NCBI GenBank assembly: GCA_964567885.1
Contig: CAZMOD010000001.1
Span: 13,900-77,899, forward strand
DNA length: 64,000 bases
Reading direction: 5' to 3'
Source: an uncultured Christensenella sp.
GTDB lineage: Bacteria > Bacillota > Clostridia > Christensenellales > Borkfalkiaceae
Shown here in pieces: positions 1-9,601 of the stretch. The first letter of the stretch is position 1. Every line of letters starts with the position of its first letter. The position numbers and the translations under genes are program-made. Under the pieces are notes generated by a model. The model worked only from the letters and a program-made list of their open reading frames with translations. It did not search any database and was not told the origin of the DNA.

Positions 1-1
1 C

Positions 2-439
2 GCCGAATACGTCGAATACGTAAAAAAAATATCACCTAAAACCAACGAGCCGCGCAGTTTATTACACGCTTTTTTAGTAGGTGGGTTTATATGCGTTATC
101 GGACAATTTATACGTTATACGTTGCTTTACGCTTTCGGATTATACGGCGACGAACTTGCCGCCGCTACCTCGATGGTTTTAATATTTATCGGGTGTTTAC
201 TCACGGGATTTGGGGTTTATAACGACATCGGGCGCGTCGCCGGCGGTGGCTCGATAGTTCCGATAACCGGCTTTGCGAATTCCGTTTGTTCACCCGCAAT
301 GGAATTTAAAAGCGAAGGTTTCGTTTACGGGTTGGCGGCTAAAATGTTCGTAGTTGCGGGACCGATTATAGTGTACGGCACGACGGCTTCGGTCGCAACG
401 GGGCTGATTTACTATTTTATAGGATTATTTACTGCGTAA
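2..439 (+). CDS. spoVAC: Stage V sporulation protein AC (SpoVAC), 5'-truncated by window edge
   Basis: Frame is open from base 2 (AEYVEYVKKISPKTNEPRSLLHAFLVGGFICVIGQF...) and runs into tracked ORF 122..439. Small glycine-rich membrane protein with GGSIVPITGFANS motif. Followed by spoVAD and spoVAE. Confidence 0.85.
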   Translation, partial: AEYVEYVKKISPKTNEPRSLLHAFLVGGFICVIGQFIRYTLLYAFGLYGDELAAATSMVLIFIGCLLTGFGVYNDIGRVAGGGSIVPITGFANSVCSPAMEFKSEGFVYGLAAKMFVVAGPIIVYGTTASVATGLIYYFIGLFTA

Positions 440-448
440 GGGGGTAAA

Positions 449-1438
449 ATGGGATTTTCGACGGTATTCTTTAAAAACAAGCCGCGCATTGCGTCAACTT
501 TTACGATAGCGGGACCAAAGGAAGGCTCTTCGGTTTTCGGAAAGCATATTCACGAGTTATTGTCGGACGACAGGTTCGATGAAGACACTTTTGAAAAAGC
601 CGAGTGTAAAATGCTTTCAACGTGCATAAGAAAGACTATCGAAAACGCTAATCTTGAAGTAAAAGATATAAACGCAATGATTTCGGGTGATCTGTTAAAT
701 CAAATAATATCGGCAAGTTTTGCGGCTCGTGATTTTAATTTTCCTTATATCGGCGTATATAACGCATGCTCTACTTTTTCGGAAGCGTTGGCTCTTAGCG
801 CGACTTTCGTCGACGGCGGTTATATGAAAAACGTGATTGCTGCAACGGGTAGTCATTTCGCGACGGCGGAAAGACAATATAGATACCCGCTTGAGTTAGG
901 CTCGACGCGTCCGCCTCAATCGCAGTGGACGGTTACGGGGGCCGGCGGGGCTCTCGTAACGGCCAAAGGCAATTTTCCTAAAATCGTTTCGGCAACTTTC
1001 GGTAAAGTCGTTGACTTCGGGATAACCGACGCAAACAACATGGGTGCGGCTATGGCTCCAGCGGCTTGCGAAACTTTGGTAACTTTGTTTAGAGAAACGA
1101 AAACCGAACCGAAAGATTACGATTTGATTTTAAGCGGCGATTTAGGCGCACTAGGTTCAAGGCTTTTAAAAGAAGTGGTTAAAAAACGCGGCTACGATAT
1201 AAAAAATCACGCCGATTGCGGCGAAATGATTTACAATATCGAAGAAGAAGAGTATCAAGGCGGAAGCGGTGCGGGGTGCTCTGCGGTCGTTTTCGGTTCT
1301 TACGTGTACAGTAAACTATTAAAAAAGGAGATTAAGCGGATGATATTTATGGCAACGGGTGCGTTGTTATCTTCAATATCCACGCAGCAAGGGGAATCTA
1401 TACCGGGAATATCTCACGCGGTGGTGATCGAAAGCTAA
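449..1438 (+). CDS. spoVAD: Stage V sporulation protein AD (SpoVAD, thiolase-like fold)
   Basis: 329 aa. Family-typical stretches (YNACSTFSEAL, GGSGAGCSAV). GGGGG-type RBS upstream. Lies between spoVAC and spoVAE. Confidence 0.9.
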   Translation: MGFSTVFFKNKPRIASTFTIAGPKEGSSVFGKHIHELLSDDRFDEDTFEKAECKMLSTCIRKTIENANLEVKDINAMISGDLLNQIISASFAARDFNFPYIGVYNACSTFSEALALSATFVDGGYMKNVIAATGSHFATAERQYRYPLELGSTRPPQSQWTVTGAGGALVTAKGNFPKIVSATFGKVVDFGITDANNMGAAMAPAACETLVTLFRETKTEPKDYDLILSGDLGALGSRLLKEVVKKRGYDIKNHADCGEMIYNIEEEEYQGGSGAGCSAVVFGSYVYSKLLKKEIKRMIFMATGALLSSISTQQGESIPGISHAVVIES

Positions 1439-1809
1439 TGATAACGGTAGTTTTTGCATATTTAAAAGCCTTTTTGGTAGGCGGACTCATTTGCATGATT
1501 GCGCAAATTTTAATTAACACGACTAAACTTACGTCAGGAAGAATTTTAGTCGTTTTTATGCTCTCGGGACTCGTGCTTCAAAGTTTCGGGTTATATAAGT
1601 ATTTAATCGATTTTGCGGGAGCGGGTGCTACGGTACCGATAAGCGGTTTCGGGTACTTGCTTGCCGAAGGCGCTATAAACGGCGCTAAAAGCGGTTTGCT
1701 CGGTGCAATTACGGGCGGACTAAAAGCGGCGGCGCCGGGGATTACCGCTGCGATTACTTTTAGTTTTATAGTAGCGTTAATTTTTAAGCCAAAGTCAAAA
1801 TTGCACTGA
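1438..1809 (+). CDS. spoVAE: Stage V sporulation protein AE (SpoVAEB-type)
   Basis: 123 aa SpoVAC paralogue (GAGATVPISGFGYLLAEGA). TAATG one-base overlap with the spoVAD stop. Confidence 0.85.
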   Translation: MITVVFAYLKAFLVGGLICMIAQILINTTKLTSGRILVVFMLSGLVLQSFGLYKYLIDFAGAGATVPISGFGYLLAEGAINGAKSGLLGAITGGLKAAAPGITAAITFSFIVALIFKPKSKLH

Positions 1810-1828
1810 CTTAGCATAAAATATTACG

Positions 1829-2455
1829 GTGAAGTGTAAATTTAAAAAATTCCTATTTAAAATCTCGATATTTTTATTTGCCGCCACGATTTATTTGTCC
1901 GTTTGCGCAAGTAAAGCGGTCGTTGCAATTGCGGAAAGCAGTTTTGAAGCCGAGGCTTCTACCGCAAGTTATATGGCGATAGGCGAGGTGGTAAACGAAA
2001 AAGATTTTTCCGAACTTTTCACAGTCATTTCCGATAACGTCGGGAAAATCACTATGATATCGACTAACGGATTAAAGATAAACTCGATTACGAGAAAACT
2101 TGCCGAAAAGTGTTTGGACGTTTACTCAAAATTAGCAAGTGGCGGCGTAAAAGTTCCTTGCGGCGCGTTAACGGGCATCGCTTTTTTGTCAGGTTCTGGT
2201 AAAAAACTTAACTTAAAAGTCGTTAGCGTGACTTCGGTAAAATGCGAATTCGTAAGCGTTTACGAATCTGCGGGGATAAATCAAACAAAACAAAGTTTGT
2301 ATCTTAAAATCGTACCCGACTGCAAAATCGTCGCGGGATTAAAACGAAGTAGTTTAAAAAGCGAAATCGAGGTTTTGTGTTACGAAAACTATCTTTTGGG
2401 AGAGGTCCCCGAAACTTACTTAAATTTATCCGTATACACTGCCGAAAGCAAATAA
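1829..2455 (+). CDS. yunB: Sporulation protein YunB-like
   Basis: 208 aa with an N-terminal signal-anchor helix. The C-terminal pattern VPCGALTGIAFLSGSGKKLNLKV...GEVPETY parallels B. subtilis YunB (IPLGQVTGNSLLGNLGPKIPVRF...GEVPQFY). GTG start 19 nt after spoVAE. Confidence 0.65.
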   Translation: MKCKFKKFLFKISIFLFAATIYLSVCASKAVVAIAESSFEAEASTASYMAIGEVVNEKDFSELFTVISDNVGKITMISTNGLKINSITRKLAEKCLDVYSKLASGGVKVPCGALTGIAFLSGSGKKLNLKVVSVTSVKCEFVSVYESAGINQTKQSLYLKIVPDCKIVAGLKRSSLKSEIEVLCYENYLLGEVPETYLNLSVYTAESK

Positions 2456-2483
2456 TTTTTGCATAATTTGATAGAAATAGAGG

Positions 2484-2525
2484 AAAATCGTGAAAATCGT
2501 AAGGAATTTTTCACGATTTTTTTTT
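2484..2525 (+). terminator. Rho-independent terminator after spoVA-yunB
   Basis: 13-bp stem AAAATCGTGAAAA / TTTTCACGATTTT, 11-nt loop, running into a T-tract. Confidence 0.8.
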
Positions 2526-2552
2526 GATTTTCTCAATTTAAGTCGACTTTGA

Positions 2553-2581
2553 TTGACTACCGTCGTCTTTTTAATTATAAT
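2553..2581 (+). promoter_or_regulatory. Sigma-A type promoter for pheST
   Basis: TTGACT - 17 nt - TATAAT, ending 52 nt upstream of the pheS ATG. Confidence 0.7.
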
Positions 2582-2633
2582 AATACTAATTAAATAAGAT
2601 AAACTCGACGCTTTTTGCGTTCAAGAGGTATTT

Positions 2634-3653
2634 ATGTCAAAAAAATTCAGTGAAATCATTCAGGAAGTAAAAGAAAAATTGTCTTCCGCCGACTCCACAA
2701 AACTTCTTTCCGATATTAAAGTCGACTTTTTAGGAAGAAACGGCGTCGTTACGGGACTTTTAAAGGGTATGAGGGACGTTGCACCCGAAGAAAGACCTGT
2801 ATTAGGTCAACAAGTCAACTCGTTAAGGGCTCAAATTGAGGAACTTATCGCATCGCGTGAAGCCGCGGTTAAAAAACACGAATTAAACCGTAAACTTCAA
2901 GCCGAAGCGATAGATATAACACTTCCCGCTAAAAAGCCGGAACTAGGTACTCTTCACCCGATAACGTTAGTTAAAAACGAACTTATCGACGCGTTTTCCG
3001 GGCTTGGCTTCGTGGTTTACGAAGGTCCCGAAATCGAAACGGACAAAACCAACTTCCAAATGCTTAATATTCCCGAAGATCATCCCGCACGCGATATGCA
3101 GGATACCTTCTATATTACCGATAGCATTTTGTTAAGAACGCACACTTCACCGGGTCAAGTTCACGTTATGACTACTACTAAACCGCCGATTAAGGTAATG
3201 TGTCCCGGAAGGACTTACCGCTCGGACGACGACGCCACGCACTCTCCCATTTTCCATCAAATGGAAGGTTTGGTTATAGACAAAAATCTTTCTTTGTGCG
3301 ACCTTAAAGGTTCTTTGGAAGAAATTTTGAAAGGAATTTTCGGCAAAGATATAAAAACAAGGCTTCGTCCTTCCTACTTCCCGTTTACCGAACCGAGCGT
3401 CGAGGTTGACGTTTCTTGCTTCGAATGCGGTGGAAAAGGTTGCAAACTTTGCAAGGGAACCGGTTGGATAGAAGTTTTAGGCGCCGGCATGGTTAACAGA
3501 AACGTTCTTAAAAACTGCGGCATCGATCCCGACGTTTATACCGGCTACGCTTTCGGTATAGGCTTAGAACGTATTGCGATGCTTAAATATCATATTCCCG
3601 ATATAAGAATGTTCTTCGATAACGATTTAAGATTCGTTAAACAGTTTAAGTAA
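2634..3653 (+). CDS. pheS: Phenylalanine--tRNA ligase alpha subunit
   Basis: 339 aa with class II aaRS motifs (FPFTEPS, GAGMV, GLERIAML). Followed by pheT. Confidence 0.97.
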   Translation: MSKKFSEIIQEVKEKLSSADSTKLLSDIKVDFLGRNGVVTGLLKGMRDVAPEERPVLGQQVNSLRAQIEELIASREAAVKKHELNRKLQAEAIDITLPAKKPELGTLHPITLVKNELIDAFSGLGFVVYEGPEIETDKTNFQMLNIPEDHPARDMQDTFYITDSILLRTHTSPGQVHVMTTTKPPIKVMCPGRTYRSDDDATHSPIFHQMEGLVIDKNLSLCDLKGSLEEILKGIFGKDIKTRLRPSYFPFTEPSVEVDVSCFECGGKGCKLCKGTGWIEVLGAGMVNRNVLKNCGIDPDVYTGYAFGIGLERIAMLKYHIPDIRMFFDNDLRFVKQFK

Positions 3654-3665
3654 GGAGGTAGAATT

Positions 3666-6062
3666 ATGAGAATTCCTTTAAGTTGGTTAAGCGATTACGT
3701 AGACCTTAGCGGCGTTGAAGTCGAGGCTTTGCGCGACGGACTTTTTTCTTGCGGTTTCGAAGTAGAAGAAGTAATTAAGGTTAACGAAAAAGTAAATAAA
3801 ATCGTTACTTGTAAAATTTTACAAAAAACGCAACACCCCGCGGCGGATAAATTATTCGTATGCCAAGTAGACGCGGGTTCGTACGGCGTTTTGCAAATAG
3901 TTACCAACGCTACGAACGTTAAAGAAGGGGATATCGTCCCAGTTGCCGTAAACGGCGCTACTTTAGCGGACGGTACCGTTATTAAAAACGGCAAACTACG
4001 CGGCGTTGAATCCTTCGGTATGTTTTGCGGCGGCGAAGAAATCGGCATTTCCGACGAGTACTACGACGGCGCAAGCGGCGATTCCGTTTTAATCTTTAAA
4101 GACAATTTTAATTTTGGTGAGGAAGTCGCCGATCTTTTAGATATCAAAGACGTAGTATTCGATATTTCGGTAACCGCAAACAGACCCGATTGCCAAAGCG
4201 TTTTGGGTATTGCGAGAGAAGTTTCCGCCCTTTTAAAACGCCCGTTAAAAATGCCTTCGCTTAGTTATGCGGTAACGCCTATTAAGACCGAAGATAAAGT
4301 AAGCGTTTCCGTTTTAGATAGCGAACTTTGCCCGAGATATACCGCGACCTACGTAAGCGATATAAAACTTACTCCGTCGCCTAAGTGGATGCAAAGACGT
4401 CTATATCTTATGGGTATCCGCGCTATAAACAACGTCGTCGATATTACTAACTACGTTTTAAACGAAATAGGCGAGCCTATGCACGCTTTCGATTACCGCG
4501 AATTATCGGGATCTAAAATTATCGTAAGACGCGCTAAAGAAAATGAAAAAATCGTTACTTTGGACGAAAAAGAGTTTGAACTTGACGATAGCGTTTTAGT
4601 TATCTGCGACGAAAATTCCCCCAGCGCTTTGGCCGGTATCATGGGGGGATTAGGCAGCGGTATAAAAGAAGATACTTCTGAAATCGTTTTCGAGGCTGCT
4701 ACTTTTAAACGCGACAATATCCGTAAAAATTCTAAAAAACTAAATCAACGCTCCGATTCATCCGCAAGATTTGAAAAGGGCGTAGATCCTTATTCGGTTG
4801 AAATCGGTATGAAACGCGCGCTATCTTTAATCGACGCTTTTGGCGCAGGCAAGGTCGCTTCGACTACTATCGACGTAAATTCGGTAAGTTTAGAAAGAAA
4901 GGTTATAAATACCAAACTTAGCAAAATCAATAAATTACTCGGAATAACCGTGCCTTCCGACACGACTTGCGAGATTTTAAATTGGTTAAACTTCCAATGC
5001 GAAATTTCGGGCGACGATTTATCCGTAACCGTGCCTTTGTACCGCGAGGACGTTGAAGATTATCCCGATTTAGCCGAAGAGGTTATACGTTCTTACGGTT
5101 ACGACCACATAAATTGCACGCTTTTAAAGGACTCGGAGATCACGCACGGCGGAAGAACCCCCGCTCAAGTTAAAGAGCAAACGGCAAAGGAATACTTGAA
5201 ATATATAGGCTTTAACGAAGTTATAACTTATTCGTTTATATCGCCTAAAGATTACGCCAATTTCGATATCGATACGACGGGGCTTAACCTTATAAGACTT
5301 AAAAACCCGTTGGGCGAAGATTTAAGTGTAATGAGGACGACTTTGCTTCCGTCGGTAGTTTCTACGGCGGTAAGAAACGTCAATAGAAAAAATTTGAGCG
5401 GAAAGATTTTTGAATTTGCAAAAATTTATCTTGCTAACAGTTTGCCTTTAACTGAACTTCCCGAAGAAAGAACTAATATTTGTATGGTTACTTTCGGCGA
5501 AAACGAAGACTTTTTCACGATGAAAGGCGCAATCGAAGGTTTAATAGAGGCGTTAGGATATAGCAAACGCCTCAAAATAGTTGCTACCGACAAACCCTTC
5601 CTTCATCCGACGAGAAGCGCGGCGTACGTCGACGAAAACGGTGAAGAACTTTGTTATTTCGGGCAATTAAGTCCCGTAACCGCCGAAAAATTGGGCGTTG
5701 ATAAACAACTTTTCGTTGCCGAAATAGATTATCAAAAACTTTTGGAAAACTGTGATAAAGTTATATCCGTTAAAACGTTTTCTAAATTCCCGTCGGTCGA
5801 AAGGGACTTGGCTCTCGTATGCGAAAGAAGCGTCACGAACGGTGAGATTTTAGAGGCAATATCTTCCGCGAGAATAAAAACTTTGACGAGCGTCGAACTT
5901 TTCGACGTTTATACGGGCGACCGTATTGCTTCCGATAAAAAGAGTATGGCGTATAGACTTACTTTCTCTTCTAACGATAAGACTTTAGAGGTTGAGGAAG
6001 TAGACAATTACGTCAGAAAGATTTTAAACAAATTAGACGCGATTAACGTAAAACTAAGATAA
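3666..6062 (+). CDS. pheT: Phenylalanine--tRNA ligase beta subunit
   Basis: 798 aa. N-terminal MRIPLSWLSDYVDL and tRNA-binding, B3/4, B5 and FDX-ACB style organisation. GGAGG RBS. Confidence 0.97.
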   Translation: MRIPLSWLSDYVDLSGVEVEALRDGLFSCGFEVEEVIKVNEKVNKIVTCKILQKTQHPAADKLFVCQVDAGSYGVLQIVTNATNVKEGDIVPVAVNGATLADGTVIKNGKLRGVESFGMFCGGEEIGISDEYYDGASGDSVLIFKDNFNFGEEVADLLDIKDVVFDISVTANRPDCQSVLGIAREVSALLKRPLKMPSLSYAVTPIKTEDKVSVSVLDSELCPRYTATYVSDIKLTPSPKWMQRRLYLMGIRAINNVVDITNYVLNEIGEPMHAFDYRELSGSKIIVRRAKENEKIVTLDEKEFELDDSVLVICDENSPSALAGIMGGLGSGIKEDTSEIVFEAATFKRDNIRKNSKKLNQRSDSSARFEKGVDPYSVEIGMKRALSLIDAFGAGKVASTTIDVNSVSLERKVINTKLSKINKLLGITVPSDTTCEILNWLNFQCEISGDDLSVTVPLYREDVEDYPDLAEEVIRSYGYDHINCTLLKDSEITHGGRTPAQVKEQTAKEYLKYIGFNEVITYSFISPKDYANFDIDTTGLNLIRLKNPLGEDLSVMRTTLLPSVVSTAVRNVNRKNLSGKIFEFAKIYLANSLPLTELPEERTNICMVTFGENEDFFTMKGAIEGLIEALGYSKRLKIVATDKPFLHPTRSAAYVDENGEELCYFGQLSPVTAEKLGVDKQLFVAEIDYQKLLENCDKVISVKTFSKFPSVERDLALVCERSVTNGEILEAISSARIKTLTSVELFDVYTGDRIASDKKSMAYRLTFSSNDKTLEVEEVDNYVRKILNKLDAINVKLR

Positions 6063-8428
6063 TGACCGATAGAACGCTAAAAACGCTTGAATACGACAAA
6101 GTGATGAATTTAGTCTCCGAATACGCCGTTTTAAAGGGTACTAAAAGGAGATTATTTTCCGCTACGCCTTTTTCTGATTTCGACGAGGTAACACTTGCTC
6201 TATCTAAAACCGAAGAAGCGTACAAACTGTTGTTCGATTACGGCGTAGGCGGCGTGGAATTTTTCGACGAACCGTCCGAGGAGATTGAACGCGCCAAAAA
6301 AGGTTCTTTACTTACTTTATCCGAACTTTTACGCGCGGCAAGGTCTTTAAAGTCGGCGCGGATTATAAGAAGCGCTTTTACTTCGGTTAACGACGAGAGT
6401 ATAGTTTTATTGCCGGAAATAGCGGCTTCGCTTTATTGCGACCAATACTTAGAAAAAGAAATTTTATCTAAAGTCCTTTCAGATGAAAAACTTGCCGACG
6501 ACGCTTCGGAAAAACTTTTTCAGTTAAGACGAAAAATTAAAAAGTTAAACGAACAAATTAGAGAAAAATTAAATTCTTACGTTCATTCGAGCGATAAATA
6601 TTTGCAAGAAAATATCGTTACTATGCGCGGCGATAGGTACGTAATCCCGGTAAAAAGCGAATATCGTTCTAAAATAAAAGGATTCGTACACGACCAATCG
6701 GCGACGGGCTCCACAGTTTTCATCGAACCCGTCGAGGTTTTAGAACTTAACAACCAATTACGCGTTACCACTATCGAAGAATCCGCAGAAGTCGAGGAAA
6801 TCATTCGCGATTTGTCTGGTAAAATCGGTTCGGTCGCGCAAAAAATACTTGCTAACGCCGAATTTATCCGAGATATCGACGAGTATTCGGCAAGGGCTAT
6901 TTACGCTTATAAAACCAAATCAACCAAGCCCGTCGTAAACAAGCGCGGCGTTATCGATATAAAACGCGGAAGGCATCCTTTAATCGACGCGAAAAAAGTC
7001 GTTCCTTTAGACGTAAGGCTTGGAAAAGAAGCCAATTATTTGCTAATAACGGGACCTAATACGGGCGGTAAAACCGTAACTTTAAAATTAGTCGGTTTAT
7101 TTACTTTAATGGCGATGAGCGGTTTGTATATCCCTGCGTCCGACGAAAGCGCTATTTCTATTTTCGACCACGTATTTTGCGACGTCGGCGACGAGCAAAG
7201 TATAGAACAAAGTTTGTCGACTTTTTCTTCCCACGTCAAAAACTTGGTGGAAATTACCGACGGCGTAAATTCTTCATCGCTAGTTTTAATCGACGAAATC
7301 GGCGCGGGTACCGACCCGGACGAGGGAAGCGCTTTGGCGCAAGCGATTATCGAAACTTTGCTAAACAGGGGAAGTTACGGCATAATTACCACGCATTATA
7401 GCAAGCTTAAAGAATACGCTTACGCGCGGGACGGCATTATAAACGCTTCGATGGATTTCAATAGCGAAACTTTCGCGCCGATATATAAGTTGAATATAGG
7501 AGTTCCCGGCACCTCTAACGCGATAGAAATTGCGTCGAGATTGGGTTTAAATAAAGATATAACCGACGCCGCGACGGGGCTTTTATCGGAAAATAAAGTT
7601 TCTTTTGAAAACGTTTTAAGGGAAGCGGAAAAAACGCGTAAACTTGCCGAAGAAGAAAGAAACGAACTTTCCGAAAGTTTACTTAAAGCAAAAGAAGAAT
7701 TGGCGTTTATCGAAAGAGAAAAAGAAAAAATCGCCGAGGATAAAGTCAAACTTTTTGCACAAGCAAAAGCCGAATCGCGTCGTATCGTAAACGAGAAGAT
7801 TGACGAAGCGGACGAATTAGTCGAAAAGATTAAGGATATTTTAGACAAAGAAGAAATTTCAAGCGGAGATATTATCACAGCAAGAACTTTAAGAAACAAA
7901 TTAGAAGAAAAAAAGTACGACGAAAACAGTCAAGACTCCGCGCCTTTAATGCTAAAACCGTGTAGCGCGGAAAGCGTTAAATGCGGGGATAAAGTTTTCG
8001 TAAAGTCAACCGGTTCTTACGCTACGATAACGAGTATCAATCCTAAAAAGAACGAATGCTTCGTTCAAATAGGAAATATGCGAATGAGCGTAAAAATAAA
8101 AGACCTTTTCTACAACGACAAAAAAGTGGAAAAGCCTTCTAATAAAAAACCTACGATTAATTTGTCAGTTGCGCCCGTTACGTCCTTTTCAAACGAACTA
8201 AACGTCGTCGGAAAGCGTCGTGAAGAAGCGGTAGACGAAACGGTTAAATTTTTAGACAACGCCGTTTTGGTTGGCGCAAACGAACTTAGAATCGTACACG
8301 GCAAAGGTCAAAAGATTTTACGCGCCGCCGTGCACGAGGTTTTAAGAAAAACAAAAGCGGTAGATAAATTTAGATTAGGAAAGTACGGCGAAGGCGAGGA
8401 CGGCGTTACGATAGTTACTTTAAAATAG
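6062..8428 (+). CDS. mutS2: Endonuclease MutS2 (MutS ATPase plus C-terminal Smr domain)
   Basis: 788 aa. Walker A GPNTGGKT, DEIGAGTDP, C-terminal Smr (LRIVHGKG). TAATG overlap with the pheT stop. Confidence 0.95.
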   Translation: MTDRTLKTLEYDKVMNLVSEYAVLKGTKRRLFSATPFSDFDEVTLALSKTEEAYKLLFDYGVGGVEFFDEPSEEIERAKKGSLLTLSELLRAARSLKSARIIRSAFTSVNDESIVLLPEIAASLYCDQYLEKEILSKVLSDEKLADDASEKLFQLRRKIKKLNEQIREKLNSYVHSSDKYLQENIVTMRGDRYVIPVKSEYRSKIKGFVHDQSATGSTVFIEPVEVLELNNQLRVTTIEESAEVEEIIRDLSGKIGSVAQKILANAEFIRDIDEYSARAIYAYKTKSTKPVVNKRGVIDIKRGRHPLIDAKKVVPLDVRLGKEANYLLITGPNTGGKTVTLKLVGLFTLMAMSGLYIPASDESAISIFDHVFCDVGDEQSIEQSLSTFSSHVKNLVEITDGVNSSSLVLIDEIGAGTDPDEGSALAQAIIETLLNRGSYGIITTHYSKLKEYAYARDGIINASMDFNSETFAPIYKLNIGVPGTSNAIEIASRLGLNKDITDAATGLLSENKVSFENVLREAEKTRKLAEEERNELSESLLKAKEELAFIEREKEKIAEDKVKLFAQAKAESRRIVNEKIDEADELVEKIKDILDKEEISSGDIITARTLRNKLEEKKYDENSQDSAPLMLKPCSAESVKCGDKVFVKSTGSYATITSINPKKNECFVQIGNMRMSVKIKDLFYNDKKVEKPSNKKPTINLSVAPVTSFSNELNVVGKRREEAVDETVKFLDNAVLVGANELRIVHGKGQKILRAAVHEVLRKTKAVDKFRLGKYGEGEDGVTIVTLK

Positions 8429-8479
8429 TAATTACGCCGTTCGTAAAAATATTTAAAATCGCAGATAAAATCAGTAATT

Positions 8480-9601
8480 ATGGATAAAATTATATATTTA
8501 GACAACGCCGCGACCACAAAACCTGACGAGGAAAAATTGCAAGCCGCCGTAAAATATTACGAAGAGTTTTATTTTAATCCTTCCTCGCTTTACCAAAGCG
8601 GAAGAAGGGTAAATCAAGATATTACGGACTTTAAAAACGTTTTACTCGGCAACAACCGTTTTAGAAAAGTTATTTTAACTTCTTGCGGAACGGAAAGCGA
8701 TAATACCGCAGTTTTCGGGTTTTCCAAGCGCGGAAACGTCGTTACGACTTTAGGTGAACACGCGGCGATTCATAGCCCTTTTATGAAGTTGAAAGAAAAG
8801 GGAATAGAGGTAAGGTTTGCCAATTTAAAAGACGGCGGAAAAGTCGACGTCGACGATTTACTTTCAAAAGTAGATAAAAACACCTCTTTCGTAAGCGTAG
8901 TTCACGTCAATAACGAAACCGGTGCTATAAACCCAATAAACCAAATTGCCGCTAAAGTTAAAGAAATCGCACCGAAGTGCGTTTTCCATAGCGACGGCGT
9001 ACAAGCGTACGGTAAACTGGATTATATTTTAGGCGACGACGTAGACCTTTACTCGGTATCCGCGCATAAAATAGGCGGACTTAAAGGCACGGGCGCACTT
9101 ATTTGCAAACAAAATTTAAACGTTCCGCCGTATATTCACGGTGGCGGACAAGAAGGTGGCGTAAGGTCGGGCACCGAAAACGTTTTAGGCTTAAAACTTT
9201 TTGCCGACGTTTACCGTGAAAGACTTAAAAATATAAACGAAAACTATAAAAAAGTCAGTTTACTTAAAGAAGCCGTCGTTTGCGGATTAGATAAAAATTT
9301 GTTTAAAATTTTGTCGCCTTCGGACGGTTCACCGTATATAGTAACCGTATCAGCGGTTGGTTTGCGCGGCGCTGTTCTACAAAATATGCTTGACGACGAC
9401 GGGATAATAGTCGGTACGGGTTCTGCTTGTTCGTCTAAAAAGCCGTTTTCAAGGGTAATATCGGCTTTTACCCAAAACCCCGACGTTTTAAACGGTGTCG
9501 TAAGAATAAGTTTTTCACCCGACACGAAACTTGAAAACGTCGTTTACGCCGTAGATAGGCTAAATTATAACGCATTGAAACTTAGTGAGAAGATAAGATA
9601 A
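8480..9601 (+). CDS. Cysteine desulfurase, NifS/IscS family (ThiI partner)
   Basis: 373 aa. PLP-lysine context SAHKIGGLKG, active-site loop GSACSS. One-base overlap with thiI. Confidence 0.9.
   Translation: MDKIIYLDNAATTKPDEEKLQAAVKYYEEFYFNPSSLYQSGRRVNQDITDFKNVLLGNNRFRKVILTSCGTESDNTAVFGFSKRGNVVTTLGEHAAIHSPFMKLKEKGIEVRFANLKDGGKVDVDDLLSKVDKNTSFVSVVHVNNETGAINPINQIAAKVKEIAPKCVFHSDGVQAYGKLDYILGDDVDLYSVSAHKIGGLKGTGALICKQNLNVPPYIHGGGQEGGVRSGTENVLGLKLFADVYRERLKNINENYKKVSLLKEAVVCGLDKNLFKILSPSDGSPYIVTVSAVGLRGAVLQNMLDDDGIIVGTGSACSSKKPFSRVISAFTQNPDVLNGVVRISFSPDTKLENVVYAVDRLNYNALKLSEKIR

Noticed and set aside
7177-7401. Arg-rich 74-aa ORF (MRRRRRAKYR...) in an alternative frame of mutS2
   Set aside because: It is a frame-shifted reading of the CG-rich codon junctions of mutS2. 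It has no RBS and implausible composition.
7420-7899. 159-aa Ser/Leu-rich ORF antisense to mutS2
   Set aside because: It is the reverse complement of the Glu/Lys-rich coiled-coil region of MutS2, a typical antisense artefact. No start-site signals.
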